Below are positions 40,295-50,700 of a stretch of DNA of 64,000 nt, piece by piece. Below the pieces are notes generated by a model. That model searched no databases. It worked only from the letters and a program-made list of their open reading frames with translations, and was not told where the DNA came from. Source of the DNA: Solirubrobacteraceae bacterium (GTDB lineage: Bacteria; Actinomycetota; Thermoleophilia; Solirubrobacterales; Solirubrobacteraceae); contig DATGJM010000147.1 of the NCBI GenBank assembly GCA_035295205.1, positions 407 to 64,406 on the forward strand. Reading direction: 5' to 3'. Both the position numbers and the translations under genes were made by a program. How positions within the stretch are numbered: position 1 is the stretch's first letter; each line of letters starts with the position of its first letter.

Positions 40295-41109
40295 GCGCGA
40301 TCGCATCCGCACCCCCTGCGCGCACGGGCCGGGTGACCCAGCTTGGCGTCCTGCGCTCCGAGTGGACGAAGCTCTGGACGCTTCGTTCCACCCGCTGGTC
40401 GATGCTCGTCGCCTTCGTGGCGATGGCCGGCCTCGGCCCGCTGATCGCCGCTATCCAAATGGGCCGCTGGGATCAGCTCCAGGCGCATGACCGCTTCACC
40501 TACGACGCCGTCAACACCGGCGTCGGCGGCTGGCACCTCGCACAGCTGGCGATCGGTGTGCTCGGCGTCCTCGTCATCTCCGGCGAGTACACGACCGGGA
40601 TGATCCGCTCGAGCCTGATGGCGGCGCCCAAGCGCCTGCCCGTCCTGTGGGCGAAGCTGGGAGTGTTCGCAGCCGTCACGTTCGTCGTCATGCTCGTGGC
40701 CTCGCTGATCTCGTTCTTCGGGGTGCAGGCGATCGTGACCCAGCACCACGTACAGCGCTCGCTGGGCGACCCAGGCGCGCTGCGCACCGTGATCGGGGTG
40801 GCGCTGTTCCTGACTGTGCTGAGCGTCCTGTGTGTGGGCCTCGGCACGATGCTCCGTAACACCGCTGGCGGCATCGCCTCCTTCGTGGGCCTGCTGTTCG
40901 TCCTGCCTGGGATCAGCGCGATCCTGCCCAGCAGCGTCAACGACTCGATCTCGCCCTATCTGCCGCTGAACGCCGGCACGACTGTCGCATCGCACACCTT
41001 CGACAACCCGCATCACCTCTCCACCTGGGGAGGATTCGCGATGTTCTGCCTCTACGCGGCGATTGCCGTGGCGGGGGCGGCGGTGGTGCTGCTGCGCAAA
41101 GACGCCTGA
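40291..41109 (+). CDS. ABC-2-type exporter permease
   Basis: LRSEWTKL..LRST, GEYTTGMIRSSL..PKR..AK, about six TMs, C-terminal RKDA. Confidence 0.88.
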   Translation: MSAIASAPPARTGRVTQLGVLRSEWTKLWTLRSTRWSMLVAFVAMAGLGPLIAAIQMGRWDQLQAHDRFTYDAVNTGVGGWHLAQLAIGVLGVLVISGEYTTGMIRSSLMAAPKRLPVLWAKLGVFAAVTFVVMLVASLISFFGVQAIVTQHHVQRSLGDPGALRTVIGVALFLTVLSVLCVGLGTMLRNTAGGIASFVGLLFVLPGISAILPSSVNDSISPYLPLNAGTTVASHTFDNPHHLSTWGGFAMFCLYAAIAVAGAAVVLLRKDA

Positions 41110-41129
41110 GCTGATCCGCGTGCGCCGGC

Positions 41130-42221
41130 TCACGCCCGGCGCCGGCGCGCGCGGTGAAGCGGCACCGGCTCCTTGACGCCCTTCAGCCGGTGGCGCCCGG
41201 CGAACGACCAGTCGAATTCCTCACTGGCGCTGTCCCGAACCTCCTGCGTGCAGAGCACGCTGTCGGGCCGGGCGAGGCCGGTCACGCGGCTGGCAACGTT
41301 GACCGAGTGCCCGTAGAAGTCTCCGGCTCGAAGGAGCGCCGGACCACTGGCGATTCCCGCCCGGAGGCTTGGCATGTCGTCCTCGCGCACCGCCTCCACC
41401 AGGTTCAGGGCGACCGCGACGAGAGGTCCGGGCTCGGGGCTGACGAACATGGCAGCGTCCCCGATCGTCTTGATCAGCCGAACGGGTGGCTCGGTGAGTT
41501 CGTTGGCCACCTCGGCCAGCCTCCGCGCCAGGCCCCCAAGCTCCTGGGGGTCCACCTGGACGCCCATGCGCGTGAAGCCGACCAGGTCGGCGAAGCAGAC
41601 CGTCAACTCCTGGGCGTCCGGCACGAAGCCGGCTTCGAGCTCGGCCCGGCCGAGAACGGCGCGCCGGACGGCCTCGCGCAGATGTGCGGCGTAGGCGGCG
41701 GTGAGCACGGGTTCCATGGCGGGCGCCAGAGCCTTCGCGAGCTCGGCGAAGCGCATGGCCACGTCGTGCTCGTTCTCGCCGGGCGCCAGGAAGCTCTCCA
41801 CGAAGGTCGAGGAGGTGGTGGTGGCCAGGCGGCTCATCGACTCGCCCAGCACCCGAGTCATCTCGGCGATCGCGCTCTCGTTCAGCCCGGCGTCGAGGAA
41901 CAGGCGAGTCGAGTTGGCCATCGCCACGTCCTCCTCGCCGAACACGGGATCGTCCGGGCCGACCTCCGACAGCCCGAGCATTCGCCGGAGCCGAATCAGC
42001 ACGTGCGCGGGCAGGCCCGTGCGCTGCTCGATCTCCGAAGCCGTGAAGCAGGCTCCGAGAGCGCGCTCCACGGGCAGCAGGACCAGCCGATCCTCGGCCG
42101 CCGCACGCTTTAGATCATCGAGCTCGTAGCCGTCGGCGACCAGCTTCTCGAGCAGGCGCCGGCGCGCGTCGCGCTGCTCGCCCTCGAGCCCGTCGAGCAG
42201 ACCTGAGGCCTCGAAGTCCAC
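41130..42221 (-). CDS. Class III adenylate cyclase with N-terminal regulatory domain (Rv1264-like)
   Basis: FADLVGFT, IKTIGDAAM, DFYGHSVNVASR; the ATP-specifying Lys/Asp and catalytic Asn/Arg are present. Confidence 0.9.
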   Translation of the reverse strand: MDFEASGLLDGLEGEQRDARRRLLEKLVADGYELDDLKRAAAEDRLVLLPVERALGACFTASEIEQRTGLPAHVLIRLRRMLGLSEVGPDDPVFGEEDVAMANSTRLFLDAGLNESAIAEMTRVLGESMSRLATTTSSTFVESFLAPGENEHDVAMRFAELAKALAPAMEPVLTAAYAAHLREAVRRAVLGRAELEAGFVPDAQELTVCFADLVGFTRMGVQVDPQELGGLARRLAEVANELTEPPVRLIKTIGDAAMFVSPEPGPLVAVALNLVEAVREDDMPSLRAGIASGPALLRAGDFYGHSVNVASRVTGLARPDSVLCTQEVRDSASEEFDWSFAGRHRLKGVKEPVPLHRARRRRA

Positions 42222-42358
42222 CCGGACATCCTCGCGTATGAGCCGGTTCTCAGGGGTCGATCGGCTACCATCGACCGCCCTCGCGGTGCCTTCGCGGCCA
42301 GCTTGCGCTCGCCCGGCCGCGGCGCCCTCCACGTCCCGACCCAAGCCCTCCACGTCAC

Positions 42359-43045
42359 ATGCTCTCGATCTTGATGCCGGTCTACAACGAGCGTGAGCGC
42401 GTTGAACGCGCGATCGCCGAGGTGCTCCGCACCGAACTGCCCTCCGAATTCGAGCTCATCATCGTCGATGACGGATCGACCGACGGGACGCGCGAGATCC
42501 TGCGCTCCGGCGACTGGGACGGACGGGTGCGGCTGTTCGAGCACGCCGAGAACCAGGGCAAGGGCGCGGCAGTGCAGACCGCGCTGCACGAGGCCCGAGG
42601 TGAGTTCGCGGCCATCTTCGACGCCGACCTCGAGTACGACCCGGCCGATCTCGGAGTTCTCATGCCGCCGCTGATCGACGGGCGCACGAACGCCTGCTTC
42701 GGCGTGCGAGCCTTCGATGGCTACACCAGCCACTCGTTCCTGTTCGTGCTCGGTAACAAGGGCGTCACGCTGGCGTGCAACGTGCTGTTCAACGTGTACC
42801 TGCACGACATCATGACCTGCCACAAGATGATCCGGACCGACCTCTTCCGCAGCCTTCCGTTGCGCGAGGCCGGGTTCGCCATCGAGCCCGAGATCACAGC
42901 CCGCCTGGTTCAGCGCCGCGAGCGGATCTTCGAGGTGCCGGTGCACTACCACGCCCGCGCCACGGACGAGGGCAAGAAGCTGACCGCCGTTGACGGCTTC
43001 CGGGTGCTGCGCACTCTGCTGCGCTGCAGGTTCTCGACCGCGTGA
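42359..43045 (+). CDS. GT2 glycosyltransferase (polyprenol-phosphate sugar synthase-like)
   Basis: MPVYNE, VDDGSTDGT, NQGKGAA, DADLEY, EVPVHY..R. Confidence 0.92.
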   Translation: MLSILMPVYNERERVERAIAEVLRTELPSEFELIIVDDGSTDGTREILRSGDWDGRVRLFEHAENQGKGAAVQTALHEARGEFAAIFDADLEYDPADLGVLMPPLIDGRTNACFGVRAFDGYTSHSFLFVLGNKGVTLACNVLFNVYLHDIMTCHKMIRTDLFRSLPLREAGFAIEPEITARLVQRRERIFEVPVHYHARATDEGKKLTAVDGFRVLRTLLRCRFSTA

Positions 43046-44523
43046 TGGCGCTCCAGACCGCAGCCCGAAGCCCCGGGCGGGGTCTCGCTGGCGGTCTGAG
43101 CCCTGCCCGGCGCGAGTGGCCACCCCGCTCGTTGGTCCTCATCGTGGGCGCGTGCGTCGGATTGGCGGCGCTGTCGGCGGCGCTGCTGCCGACGGTGCCG
43201 AGCTACGACCCCTGGTCGTGGATCGTGTGGGGCCGGGAGGTGTTCGACCCCCATCTGAGCTTCGCGGTCAGCGGGGGCCCGTCGTGGAAGCCCCTGCCCG
43301 TGTGCTTCACGGCGGTGTTCGGGCTGTTCGGCGGTGCGGCGCCGACCCTGTGGGTGATCACCGCGCGCGCCGGCGGGCTGCTGGCGGTGGTGGCCGCCTA
43401 CCGCCTGGGGGGGCTGCTGGCGGGTCGCCTCGGGACGCACGGGTGGGCTGCTGTGGTGGCGGGCGTGATCTCCGCTCTCGGGGTCGCGCTGACCAACCAG
43501 TTCTTCTACTACATGTTCCGGGGCACCTCGGAACCGATGCTCGTTGCGGCGTCTCTGTGGGCTGTGGACCGGCATCTGGCCGGCCGGCGGGGCTCGACGT
43601 TCGTGCTGCTCGTCGCCGCGTCGCTGATCCGCCCCGAGGCCTGGCCGTTCCTGCTCGGCTACGGGGTCTGGGTGTGGCGCCGCGAGCCCGCGCTTCGCGG
43701 GCTGGTTCTCGTCGGCTGGCTGTCGGTGCCGTTCTTCTGGTTCGTGCCGCCCTGGGTGGGCTCGGGCCAGCCCTTCCTCGCCGCCTCGCACGCGAAGTCC
43801 TACAACGGCCACCTGGGCTCGAACCCGTTCGCCACCGTGATGAGGCGCGGGGCCACGCTCCAGATCGTGCCGGCGCTGATCGCCGGTCTGATCGCGGTCG
43901 CCTTGGCGTGGTGGCGCGATCGCGATCGCATCGTGCTCGGGCTGTTCGGCGCAGTTGTCGGCTGGTGGGTGCTGGTCGTGGGGATGACGCTCGACGGCTA
44001 CCCGGGGCTGGATCGCTTCTTCCTGCCCGCCGCGGCTCTGACCTGTGCACTGGCTGGGGCGGGGGTGGTTGCGCTCGCCTCGCTGGCGCCGCGGTGGATC
44101 GCGCCGGTGGTGGTCGTGGCGGTGCTCGGGGTGTCGGCGCCGTTCGCAGCCGGCCGGGTGTCGACCGGCTGGAAGCAACGCGGGATCGCCGCCCAGGCGG
44201 TCACGCGCCTGAATCAGCTCACGGCCGCCGTCGCCGCGGTCGGAGGGCACCGCGGCGTGTTTCCGTGCTCGTCCAGCTTCTCGGCCGTCAACCACGGCGT
44301 CCAGACCGCGCTGGCCTGGAAGCTGCACGTCACGCTGGGCCGCGTGGGCACCTCGATGCGCCACCAGGGCGTGATGTTCGTGGGACCCTGGGACACGATC
44401 GACGGCCAGCCGGCCCCGATCTCGCACCGCCTGACCCAGTCCGTGCTGATCGCGCGGGTCGGCGCCTGGCGCGTGTATCGGGTGACCGCCTCGGGCGCCG
44501 ACACCCGCTGCGTCGGGCGCTGA
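43045..44523 (+). CDS. Multi-pass membrane protein, probably GT-C-fold glycosyltransferase
   Basis: About 10-11 TMs; acidic first loop SYDPWSW; SEP and RPEAW motifs; coupled to the GT2 gene by a TGATG overlap. Confidence 0.65.
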   Translation: MALQTAARSPGRGLAGGLSPARREWPPRSLVLIVGACVGLAALSAALLPTVPSYDPWSWIVWGREVFDPHLSFAVSGGPSWKPLPVCFTAVFGLFGGAAPTLWVITARAGGLLAVVAAYRLGGLLAGRLGTHGWAAVVAGVISALGVALTNQFFYYMFRGTSEPMLVAASLWAVDRHLAGRRGSTFVLLVAASLIRPEAWPFLLGYGVWVWRREPALRGLVLVGWLSVPFFWFVPPWVGSGQPFLAASHAKSYNGHLGSNPFATVMRRGATLQIVPALIAGLIAVALAWWRDRDRIVLGLFGAVVGWWVLVVGMTLDGYPGLDRFFLPAAALTCALAGAGVVALASLAPRWIAPVVVVAVLGVSAPFAAGRVSTGWKQRGIAAQAVTRLNQLTAAVAAVGGHRGVFPCSSSFSAVNHGVQTALAWKLHVTLGRVGTSMRHQGVMFVGPWDTIDGQPAPISHRLTQSVLIARVGAWRVYRVTASGADTRCVGR

Positions 44524-44703
44524 GCGCCCGCCTTGGCGCGCGGCCAGGCGCGCCGACCCCGATCTCGCACCGCCTGAGCCAGTCCGTGCTGATCGCGCGG
44601 GTCGGCGCCTGGCGCGTGTACCGGGTGACCGCTACGGGCGCCGACACCCGCTGCGTCGGGCGTTGAGCGCCCGCCTTGGCGCGCGGCCAGGCGCGCCGAC
44701 CCC
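44414..44703 (+). repeat. 143-bp tandem duplication spanning the 3' end of the membrane protein gene
   Basis: Copies start at 44414 and 44557 (CCCCGATCTCGCACCGCCTGA...); about 5 mismatches. Confidence 0.95.
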
Positions 44704-44800
44704 CGCGGCCGGTTGGGGGTCGCCGCGTATACCCGCGCATGGCGCGGCTCACCGCGCCCACCTGGGTGAAGGGGCGAGGGTGGGCGCGTCCTGCCGCGCT

Positions 44801-44878
44801 CTGGCACGCCGGGCTGGCACGTCGGTCTGGCACGCCGGGCTGGCACGCCGGGCTGGCACGCCGGGCTGGCACGCCGGC
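44801..44878 (+). repeat. 13-bp tandem repeat x6 (CTGGCACGCCGGG)
   Basis: Units at 44801, 44814 (variant), 44827, 44840, 44853 and 44866. Confidence 0.93.
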
Positions 44879-45054
44879 GAACACAGGCGCGCCCACCCCC
44901 AGCTTGAACCCGGGGTGCGCACGTCTGGGTGCGTCTGGCGAACATGGACGCGCGGACCCTGCGGTGGGCGCCAGGGGTGCGCGCGCCTGCGTCCACCGCG
45001 GGGCCGGCCCACACGCGAGGGAGGCGTCCGGGCCGCCACGCAGAATGGTGCTCC

Positions 45055-45555
45055 ATGGTCGTCCTCGGCATCGATCCCGGCACCGCCAGCACCGGCTTCG
45101 GAGTGGTGGCCGGCGAGGGTTCCCGTCTGCGGGCGCTCGAGCACGGCGTGATCTCGACGCCCGCAGGGCTCCCGCTCGAGCGCCGTCTGGCCGATATCCA
45201 TGCTTCGGTGTGCGCCCTGCTCGAGCGCCACGGCGCCGACGCGCTGGCCATCGAGGAGCTCTACTTCGGGGTCAATGTCCGCACTGCCTTCGCCGTCGGC
45301 CAGGCCCGCGGTGTCGTCCTGCTGGCCGCCGGCCAGCGCGGTGTCCCGGCACGCTCCTACACCCCCCAGCAGGTCAAGAGCGCGGTCTGCGGGCAGGGAC
45401 GTGCGGCCAAGGACCAGGTCGGGCGGATGGTCGCCCGCCTGCTCGGTCTTCACGAGGAGCCCAGGCCCGACCACGCCGCCGACGCGCTGGCCGTGGCCGT
45501 GTGCGACCTGAACCGGGCCCCGCTGTCCCGGGCGCTGGCCGAGGCGCTCGGATGA
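45055..45555 (+). CDS. ruvC: Holliday junction resolvase
   Basis: VLGIDPG, AIEELYF, VGQARGV, YTPQQVK, AAKDQV, DHAADALAVA. Confidence 0.96.
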   Translation: MVVLGIDPGTASTGFGVVAGEGSRLRALEHGVISTPAGLPLERRLADIHASVCALLERHGADALAIEELYFGVNVRTAFAVGQARGVVLLAAGQRGVPARSYTPQQVKSAVCGQGRAAKDQVGRMVARLLGLHEEPRPDHAADALAVAVCDLNRAPLSRALAEALG

Positions 45556-46130
45556 TCGCGCTCGTCTCGGGCACCGTAGCCGTGCGCCGGGCCGACCACG
45601 TGGTCGTCGACTGCGGCGGTGTCGGCTACCGGCTGTCGGTCTCGAGCGAGACTCTCCGTCGCGTGCCGTCGGTGGGGGAGCAGGTGATGCTCCACGCGCA
45701 CATGGTCGTGCGTGAGGACGCGCTCTCGCTCTACGGGTTCGCAAGCGAGCAGGAGCGCGAGCTCTTCCTGATGCTGCTCGGCGTGCAGTCGGTGGGGCCG
45801 AAGGTCGCCCTCGCGGTCCTGTCGGCCGCTCCACCGCGCGAGCTCCTGCGCGCCCTGGCCGCCGGGGACGCGCACCGGCTTCAGGCCGTGCCGGGGATCG
45901 GAAAGCGCACAGCCGAGCGGATCATCGTCGAGCTGCGCGAGAAGGTCGGCGTGGAGCTGCCAGAGCGGGCGATCTCGGTCACCCGCAGCGACGACCCGCG
46001 CACGCTGGCCCGCGACGGGCTGCTCGGCCTCGGCTACAGCGCCACCGAGGTCGACGAGCTGCTCGACGGGGCCGACGGGGACTCGCCCGAGGACCTGATC
46101 GCCTACGCGCTGAAGGCGGCCCGGTCGTGA
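45552..46130 (+). CDS. ruvA: Holliday junction branch-migration DNA-binding subunit
   Basis: [49 protein letters not shown]. Confidence 0.96.
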   Translation: MIALVSGTVAVRRADHVVVDCGGVGYRLSVSSETLRRVPSVGEQVMLHAHMVVREDALSLYGFASEQERELFLMLLGVQSVGPKVALAVLSAAPPRELLRALAAGDAHRLQAVPGIGKRTAERIIVELREKVGVELPERAISVTRSDDPRTLARDGLLGLGYSATEVDELLDGADGDSPEDLIAYALKAARS

Positions 46131-46192
46131 GCTCGCTCGAGAACCTGATCGCCTACGCGCTGAAGGCGGCCCGGTCGTGAGCTCGCTCGAGG
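46093..46192 (+). repeat. 50-bp tandem duplication of the ruvA-stop/ruvB-start junction
   Basis: ACCTGATCGCCTACGCGCTGAAGGCGGCCCGGTCGTGAGCTCGCTCGAG at 46093 and 46143. Confidence 0.95.
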
Positions 46193-47196
46193 ACCGCATC
46201 TACGTGCCCGACGAGCTCCCCGAGGACGAGTTCGACCGCTCGCTGCGCCCGCGCCGACTGGAGGACTTCGTCGGACAGGAGGCGGTCAAGGACCAGCTGG
46301 CGGTGTCGATCGCCGCCGCGGCAGCGCGGGGCGAGGCGCTCGACCACGTGCTGCTGGCCGGACCGCCGGGGCTGGGGAAGACGTCACTGGCCCAGATCGT
46401 TGCCGCGGAGCTGGGCGTGGCGTTCGTTCAGACGGCCGGCCCGGCGCTCGAGCGCAAGGCCGACATCGCCGCCTTCCTGACCTCGCTCGAGCCCCGGGCG
46501 GTGTTCTTCGTGGATGAGATCCACCGGCTGCCGCGGGCGATCGAGGAGACCTTCTATCCGGCGATGGAGGACGGCTGCCTGCCGATCACGGTCGGCCAGG
46601 GGGCGGGCGCGCGCGTGGTCACGCTCGATCTGCCGCCGTTCACGCTGATCGGCGCCACCACCCGGGCCGGCCTCCTGACAACCCCCTTGCACGACCGCTT
46701 CGGCATCCAGCATCGCCTCGAGCACTACGACGCCGATCACCTGGCGACGATCGTGCGGCGCTCCGCGCGGCTGCTGGGCGTGGCCATCGAGGACGAGGGG
46801 GCGCGGGCCGTCGCCGGCCGCAGCCGTGGGACGCCACGCGTGGCCAACCGCCTGCTCAAGCGCGTGCGCGACTACGCGCAGGTGCGCGGTGGCGGGGTGG
46901 TCACGGCCGAGATCGCGGAGGCGGCGCTCGACCTGCTGCAGGTCGACCACGAGGGACTCGACCGCCTGGACCGGGAGATCCTGCGCGCGATCTGCGAGAA
47001 GTTCGCCGGCGGGCCCGTCGGACTCTCGACGCTGGCCGTGGCCGTGGGGGAGGAGAAGGACACGATCGAGGATGTCTATGAGCCCTATCTGCTCCAGCGC
47101 GGGCTGCTCGAGCGCACCCCGCGCGGGCGCGTCGCGACCCGCCGCGCCTTCCGCCATCTCGGGCTCGAGGCGCCGGGACCTCCGACACTTCTGTAG
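46177..47196 (+). CDS. ruvB: Holliday junction branch-migration ATPase
   Basis: [57 protein letters not shown]. Confidence 0.97.
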   Translation: MSSLEDRIYVPDELPEDEFDRSLRPRRLEDFVGQEAVKDQLAVSIAAAAARGEALDHVLLAGPPGLGKTSLAQIVAAELGVAFVQTAGPALERKADIAAFLTSLEPRAVFFVDEIHRLPRAIEETFYPAMEDGCLPITVGQGAGARVVTLDLPPFTLIGATTRAGLLTTPLHDRFGIQHRLEHYDADHLATIVRRSARLLGVAIEDEGARAVAGRSRGTPRVANRLLKRVRDYAQVRGGGVVTAEIAEAALDLLQVDHEGLDRLDREILRAICEKFAGGPVGLSTLAVAVGEEKDTIEDVYEPYLLQRGLLERTPRGRVATRRAFRHLGLEAPGPPTLL

Positions 47197-47229
47197 CTCT
47201 TCATTTGGCGTGGCTATCCTCCCGCGCGG

Positions 47230-47697
47230 ATGAGCCGCGAGCACTACTTCATCTGCCCCCACTGCGGCCACCGCTCGATGGCCACCGACCGGAACGCCGG
47301 TTTCCGGCGAGAGTCCCGCGGCTGCGAGAAGTGCGGCTTCGCTTACCTGTTCGAGCTGCTCGACGACTACTACCCCGCGCCCAACGCCGCCTTCTTCGCC
47401 TGCGACCGCGAGGCACGGATCGTGGATTGCGGCCGCGGGTCCTTCGAGCTCACCGGGCTGAAGACCGAGCAGGTGATCGGCCGGCCCATCACCGAGGTGC
47501 TCGGACTGCGGTTCGACGATGGCACCGACCACGTGGCGACCGCGCTGGAGTGGGAGGTTCGCGTCAAGGGCAAGCCGGTCGCGGTCCATGCCGAGCGGGA
47601 CCTGCCGGCCCGGGCGGTGGCCGACATCTTCCCTGCCTACGACGATGAGGAGGGCGGCCTGCTCGTGGTGCTCACACCGAGTAACAACCACCACTGA
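47230..47697 (+). CDS. Zn-ribbon + PAS-like domain protein
   Basis: CPHC...CEKC, then PAS-like FFACDREARIV..FELTGLKTEQVIGRPITEVL. Confidence 0.72.
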   Translation: MSREHYFICPHCGHRSMATDRNAGFRRESRGCEKCGFAYLFELLDDYYPAPNAAFFACDREARIVDCGRGSFELTGLKTEQVIGRPITEVLGLRFDDGTDHVATALEWEVRVKGKPVAVHAERDLPARAVADIFPAYDDEEGGLLVVLTPSNNHH

Positions 47698-47749
47698 GGC
47701 CCGTCTAACCGCAACCTCACGCGGCCCGCTCTAGCATCCAACCCAAGCG

Positions 47750-50700
47750 ATGACCGACCGCCAGCGCAACGGCTTCATCCTGCTGCTCGTCCTCGGGCTG
47801 CTCGTCGTGTCCGGGGTGATCATGACCCAGGACAAGACCCGGCTCGGGCTTGACCTGAAGGGCGGCGTCGAGCTCACCTACCAGGCTGAGCCGACCGTGC
47901 AGACGCCGAAGGTGACGCCGGACGCGCTTCAGCACGCGGTCGACATCATGCGCTCGCGCGTCGACCAGATCGGCGTATCCGAGCCTGACATCCGCACCTC
48001 CGGCGGCAGCATCGTCGCCGCGCTCCCCGACGTCCAGGACATCAGCCGCGCCGAGCGGATCGTGGGCACGACCGCTCAGATGGCCTTCTACGACTGGGAG
48101 GCCAACCTGATCATCCCGGGCAGCAAACCGCTGATCACGGTCGCCCAGGGGCTGAAGACCCAGGATCAGACGGCGATCGAGATGAGCCAGGGCTCGGGCG
48201 CGCCGGGGGCCGGCAGCCAGTCGCTCTACGACGCGGTCAAGCTGGCCTCCCAGCAGCCACCCCAGGCCTCGTCGGACAACTCCCATACCTTGCCGATCTA
48301 CTACCTGTTCGGGACCCCCGGCAGCCCGGCCTGCGCGGCCGCGGCCAAGTTCTACGGCGTACCGAACGTCGTCGGCGCCCACTGCCTGCTCTCGGGACCC
48401 GACGACAACACGACCGATCTCTACACGGGCCTGCCGACCGGCGTCACCAAGGCCGAGGCTCAGAGCTCGGGTCAGGTCCTGGCCGTGCCGCGCGGAACGG
48501 TCGTGCTCCAGGCTGCGAACGCGAGCGCCACCAAAAAGGTCTCGTTCGAGGACCCGAGCGCTCAGTTCTACGTGCTCCACGACCACGTGGCCCTGTTCGG
48601 CAACGAGATCTCGAACCCGCAGCAGAGCACGGACCCGAACACCGGCGAGCCGGACGTCACCTTCGGCTTCAACGGGAAGGGCAAGAACGAGTTCCAGAAG
48701 ATCACCGCGGCGATCGCACTTCGCGGCGAGCTGGTCAGCACCGGCACCACTCAGCTCAAGCAGCACTTCGCGGTGGCGCTCGACAACCAGCTCGTGACCG
48801 TCCCGCTGATCGACTACAAGCTCTACCCAGACGGGATCCCCGGCGACACCGGCGCCGACATCACCGGCGGCTTCACGATCCAGCAGGCGCAGGACCTGGC
48901 CACACAGCTGCGCCTAGGCGCCCTGCCGGTGAAGCTCAAGCTGATCTCCTCGTCGCAGGTCTCGGCCACGCTCGGCAAGCAGGCACTGAACCAGGGCCTG
49001 CTCGCGGGCCTCGCGGGCCTACTCATCGTGGTCATCTTCCTGCTCGTCTACTACCGCGTGCTGGGCGCGATCGCCACTGTCGGGCTGATCGTGTACGGCG
49101 CCTACTTCTACGCGCTGATCAAGCTCATCCCGATCACGCTCACGCTGCCGGGCATCGCGGGGCTGATCCTGACGATCGGCGTGGCCGCCGACGCCAACAT
49201 CGTGATCTTCGAGCGTGTCAAGGAGGAGATCCGGGCGGGCCGCTCGATCCGCCAGGGCATCGCCATCGGCTATCGGAAGGGCCTGACCGCGATCATCGAC
49301 GCGAACGTGGTGACAATCATCACCGCTTTCATCCTGTTCGTTCTCGCGACGGCCGACGTCCAGGGCTTCGCGTTCACGCTCGGGATCGGCACCTTCGTCT
49401 CCCTGTTCACGGCCGTGATGGCGACGCAGGCGATCCTCACGAGCATGGGCAGCTCGCGGCTCATCGCGAGCCCGAGCGCGCTCGGCGCGGGTGGCAAGAA
49501 GCGCGTCTGGCGCTTCGACTTCATGGGCGCCTCGCGCTACTTCTTCTCGATGTCGGGCGTGATCCTGCTCGTCGGGGCGCTGGCCATCGGCGGGCGCGGC
49601 CTGAACCTGGGCATCGACTTCACCTCGGGCACACGGGTGACGCTGGGCCTCCAGCATGCCGCGACCGAGGCGCAGGTGCGCTCGATCGTGAGCGCCGCTG
49701 GCGGCACCGACGCGATCATCCAGAGGGTGAGCGGCGATCCGACGCTGGGTCCCTACGGGTTCCAGATCGAGTCCAAGAAGCTTCAGCCCTCGAGCGTCAC
49801 CCAGGTCCGCACGAACCTCGACACCCGCTTCGGTCTGCGGGCGAACACCACCGGTGGCCAGGACTTCAGCTTCTCGTCCGTCGGCCCGTCGTTCGGCAAG
49901 ACCGTCGCTAACAGCGCCCTGGTCGCGATCATCGCCTCGCTGGTCGTGATCTCGGTCTACGTGGCGCTGCGGTTCGAATGGAAGTTCGCCGTGCCAGTCC
50001 TTATCGCGCTGATGCACGACCTGCTGATCACCAGCGGCGTGTACTCGCTCACCGGCCGGGAGGTGACGACAGCGACTGTGGCCGCGCTGCTGACCATCTT
50101 GGGCTACTCGCTCTACGACACGATCATCGTGTTCGACCGCGTGCGCGAGAACATCCCACGCATGCCGCGGGCTGCGTTCTCGCAGATCGTGAACCGGTCG
50201 ATGTCCGAGGTGCTGACGCGGTCGCTGGCGACGACCTCGTGCACGCTGCTGCCGATCCTGTCGCTGCTGCTGTTCGGCGGTTCGACGCTGCAGGACTTCG
50301 CGTTCGCGCTGCTGATCGGCGTGGCCTCGGGCGCATACTCGTCGATCTTCATCGCTTCGCCGGTGCTGACGCACTGGAAGGAGCGCGAGGCCGGATTCCG
50401 CCACCGCCGCGAGCGGATCGAGGAGGAGTTCGGGCACGTGCCGGCGTACGCCTCGGCCGCGGCCGACATCGAGCCCGAGGCCCGGCGCCCGCGCCGCGCC
50501 GGGCGTCTGACCGCCCCCGAGCCCGAAGGCGTCTCTGCGGCCGAGTTCGAGCAGATGAAGCGCGAGCTCGGGCTCGAGGAGGAGCGGCGGGCTGCCCGCC
50601 AGACCTCCACGCTGACCAAGCGCCTCTCGCACTCTCCCGAGGCCGAGGCTCCCCAGCGCGACCAGACGGCCGATGGCGGCGATGGCGCCGCACGCGAGGT

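Noticed and set aside
41130-42221. Cyclase as part of a CBASS/Pycsar-type defence system
   Set aside because: It looks like an ordinary Rv1264-type adenylate cyclase with ATP-specifying residues, and has no adjacent effector gene.
44801-44878. Possible CRISPR or iteron array
   Set aside because: Contiguous 13-bp units without spacers and no adjacent rep or cas gene; treated as a VNTR.
44676-45551. Long N-terminal extensions on RuvA and RuvC in the ORF track
   Set aside because: Family homology starts at ATG 45055 (ruvC) and ATG 45552 (ruvA); the upstream parts are open by chance.
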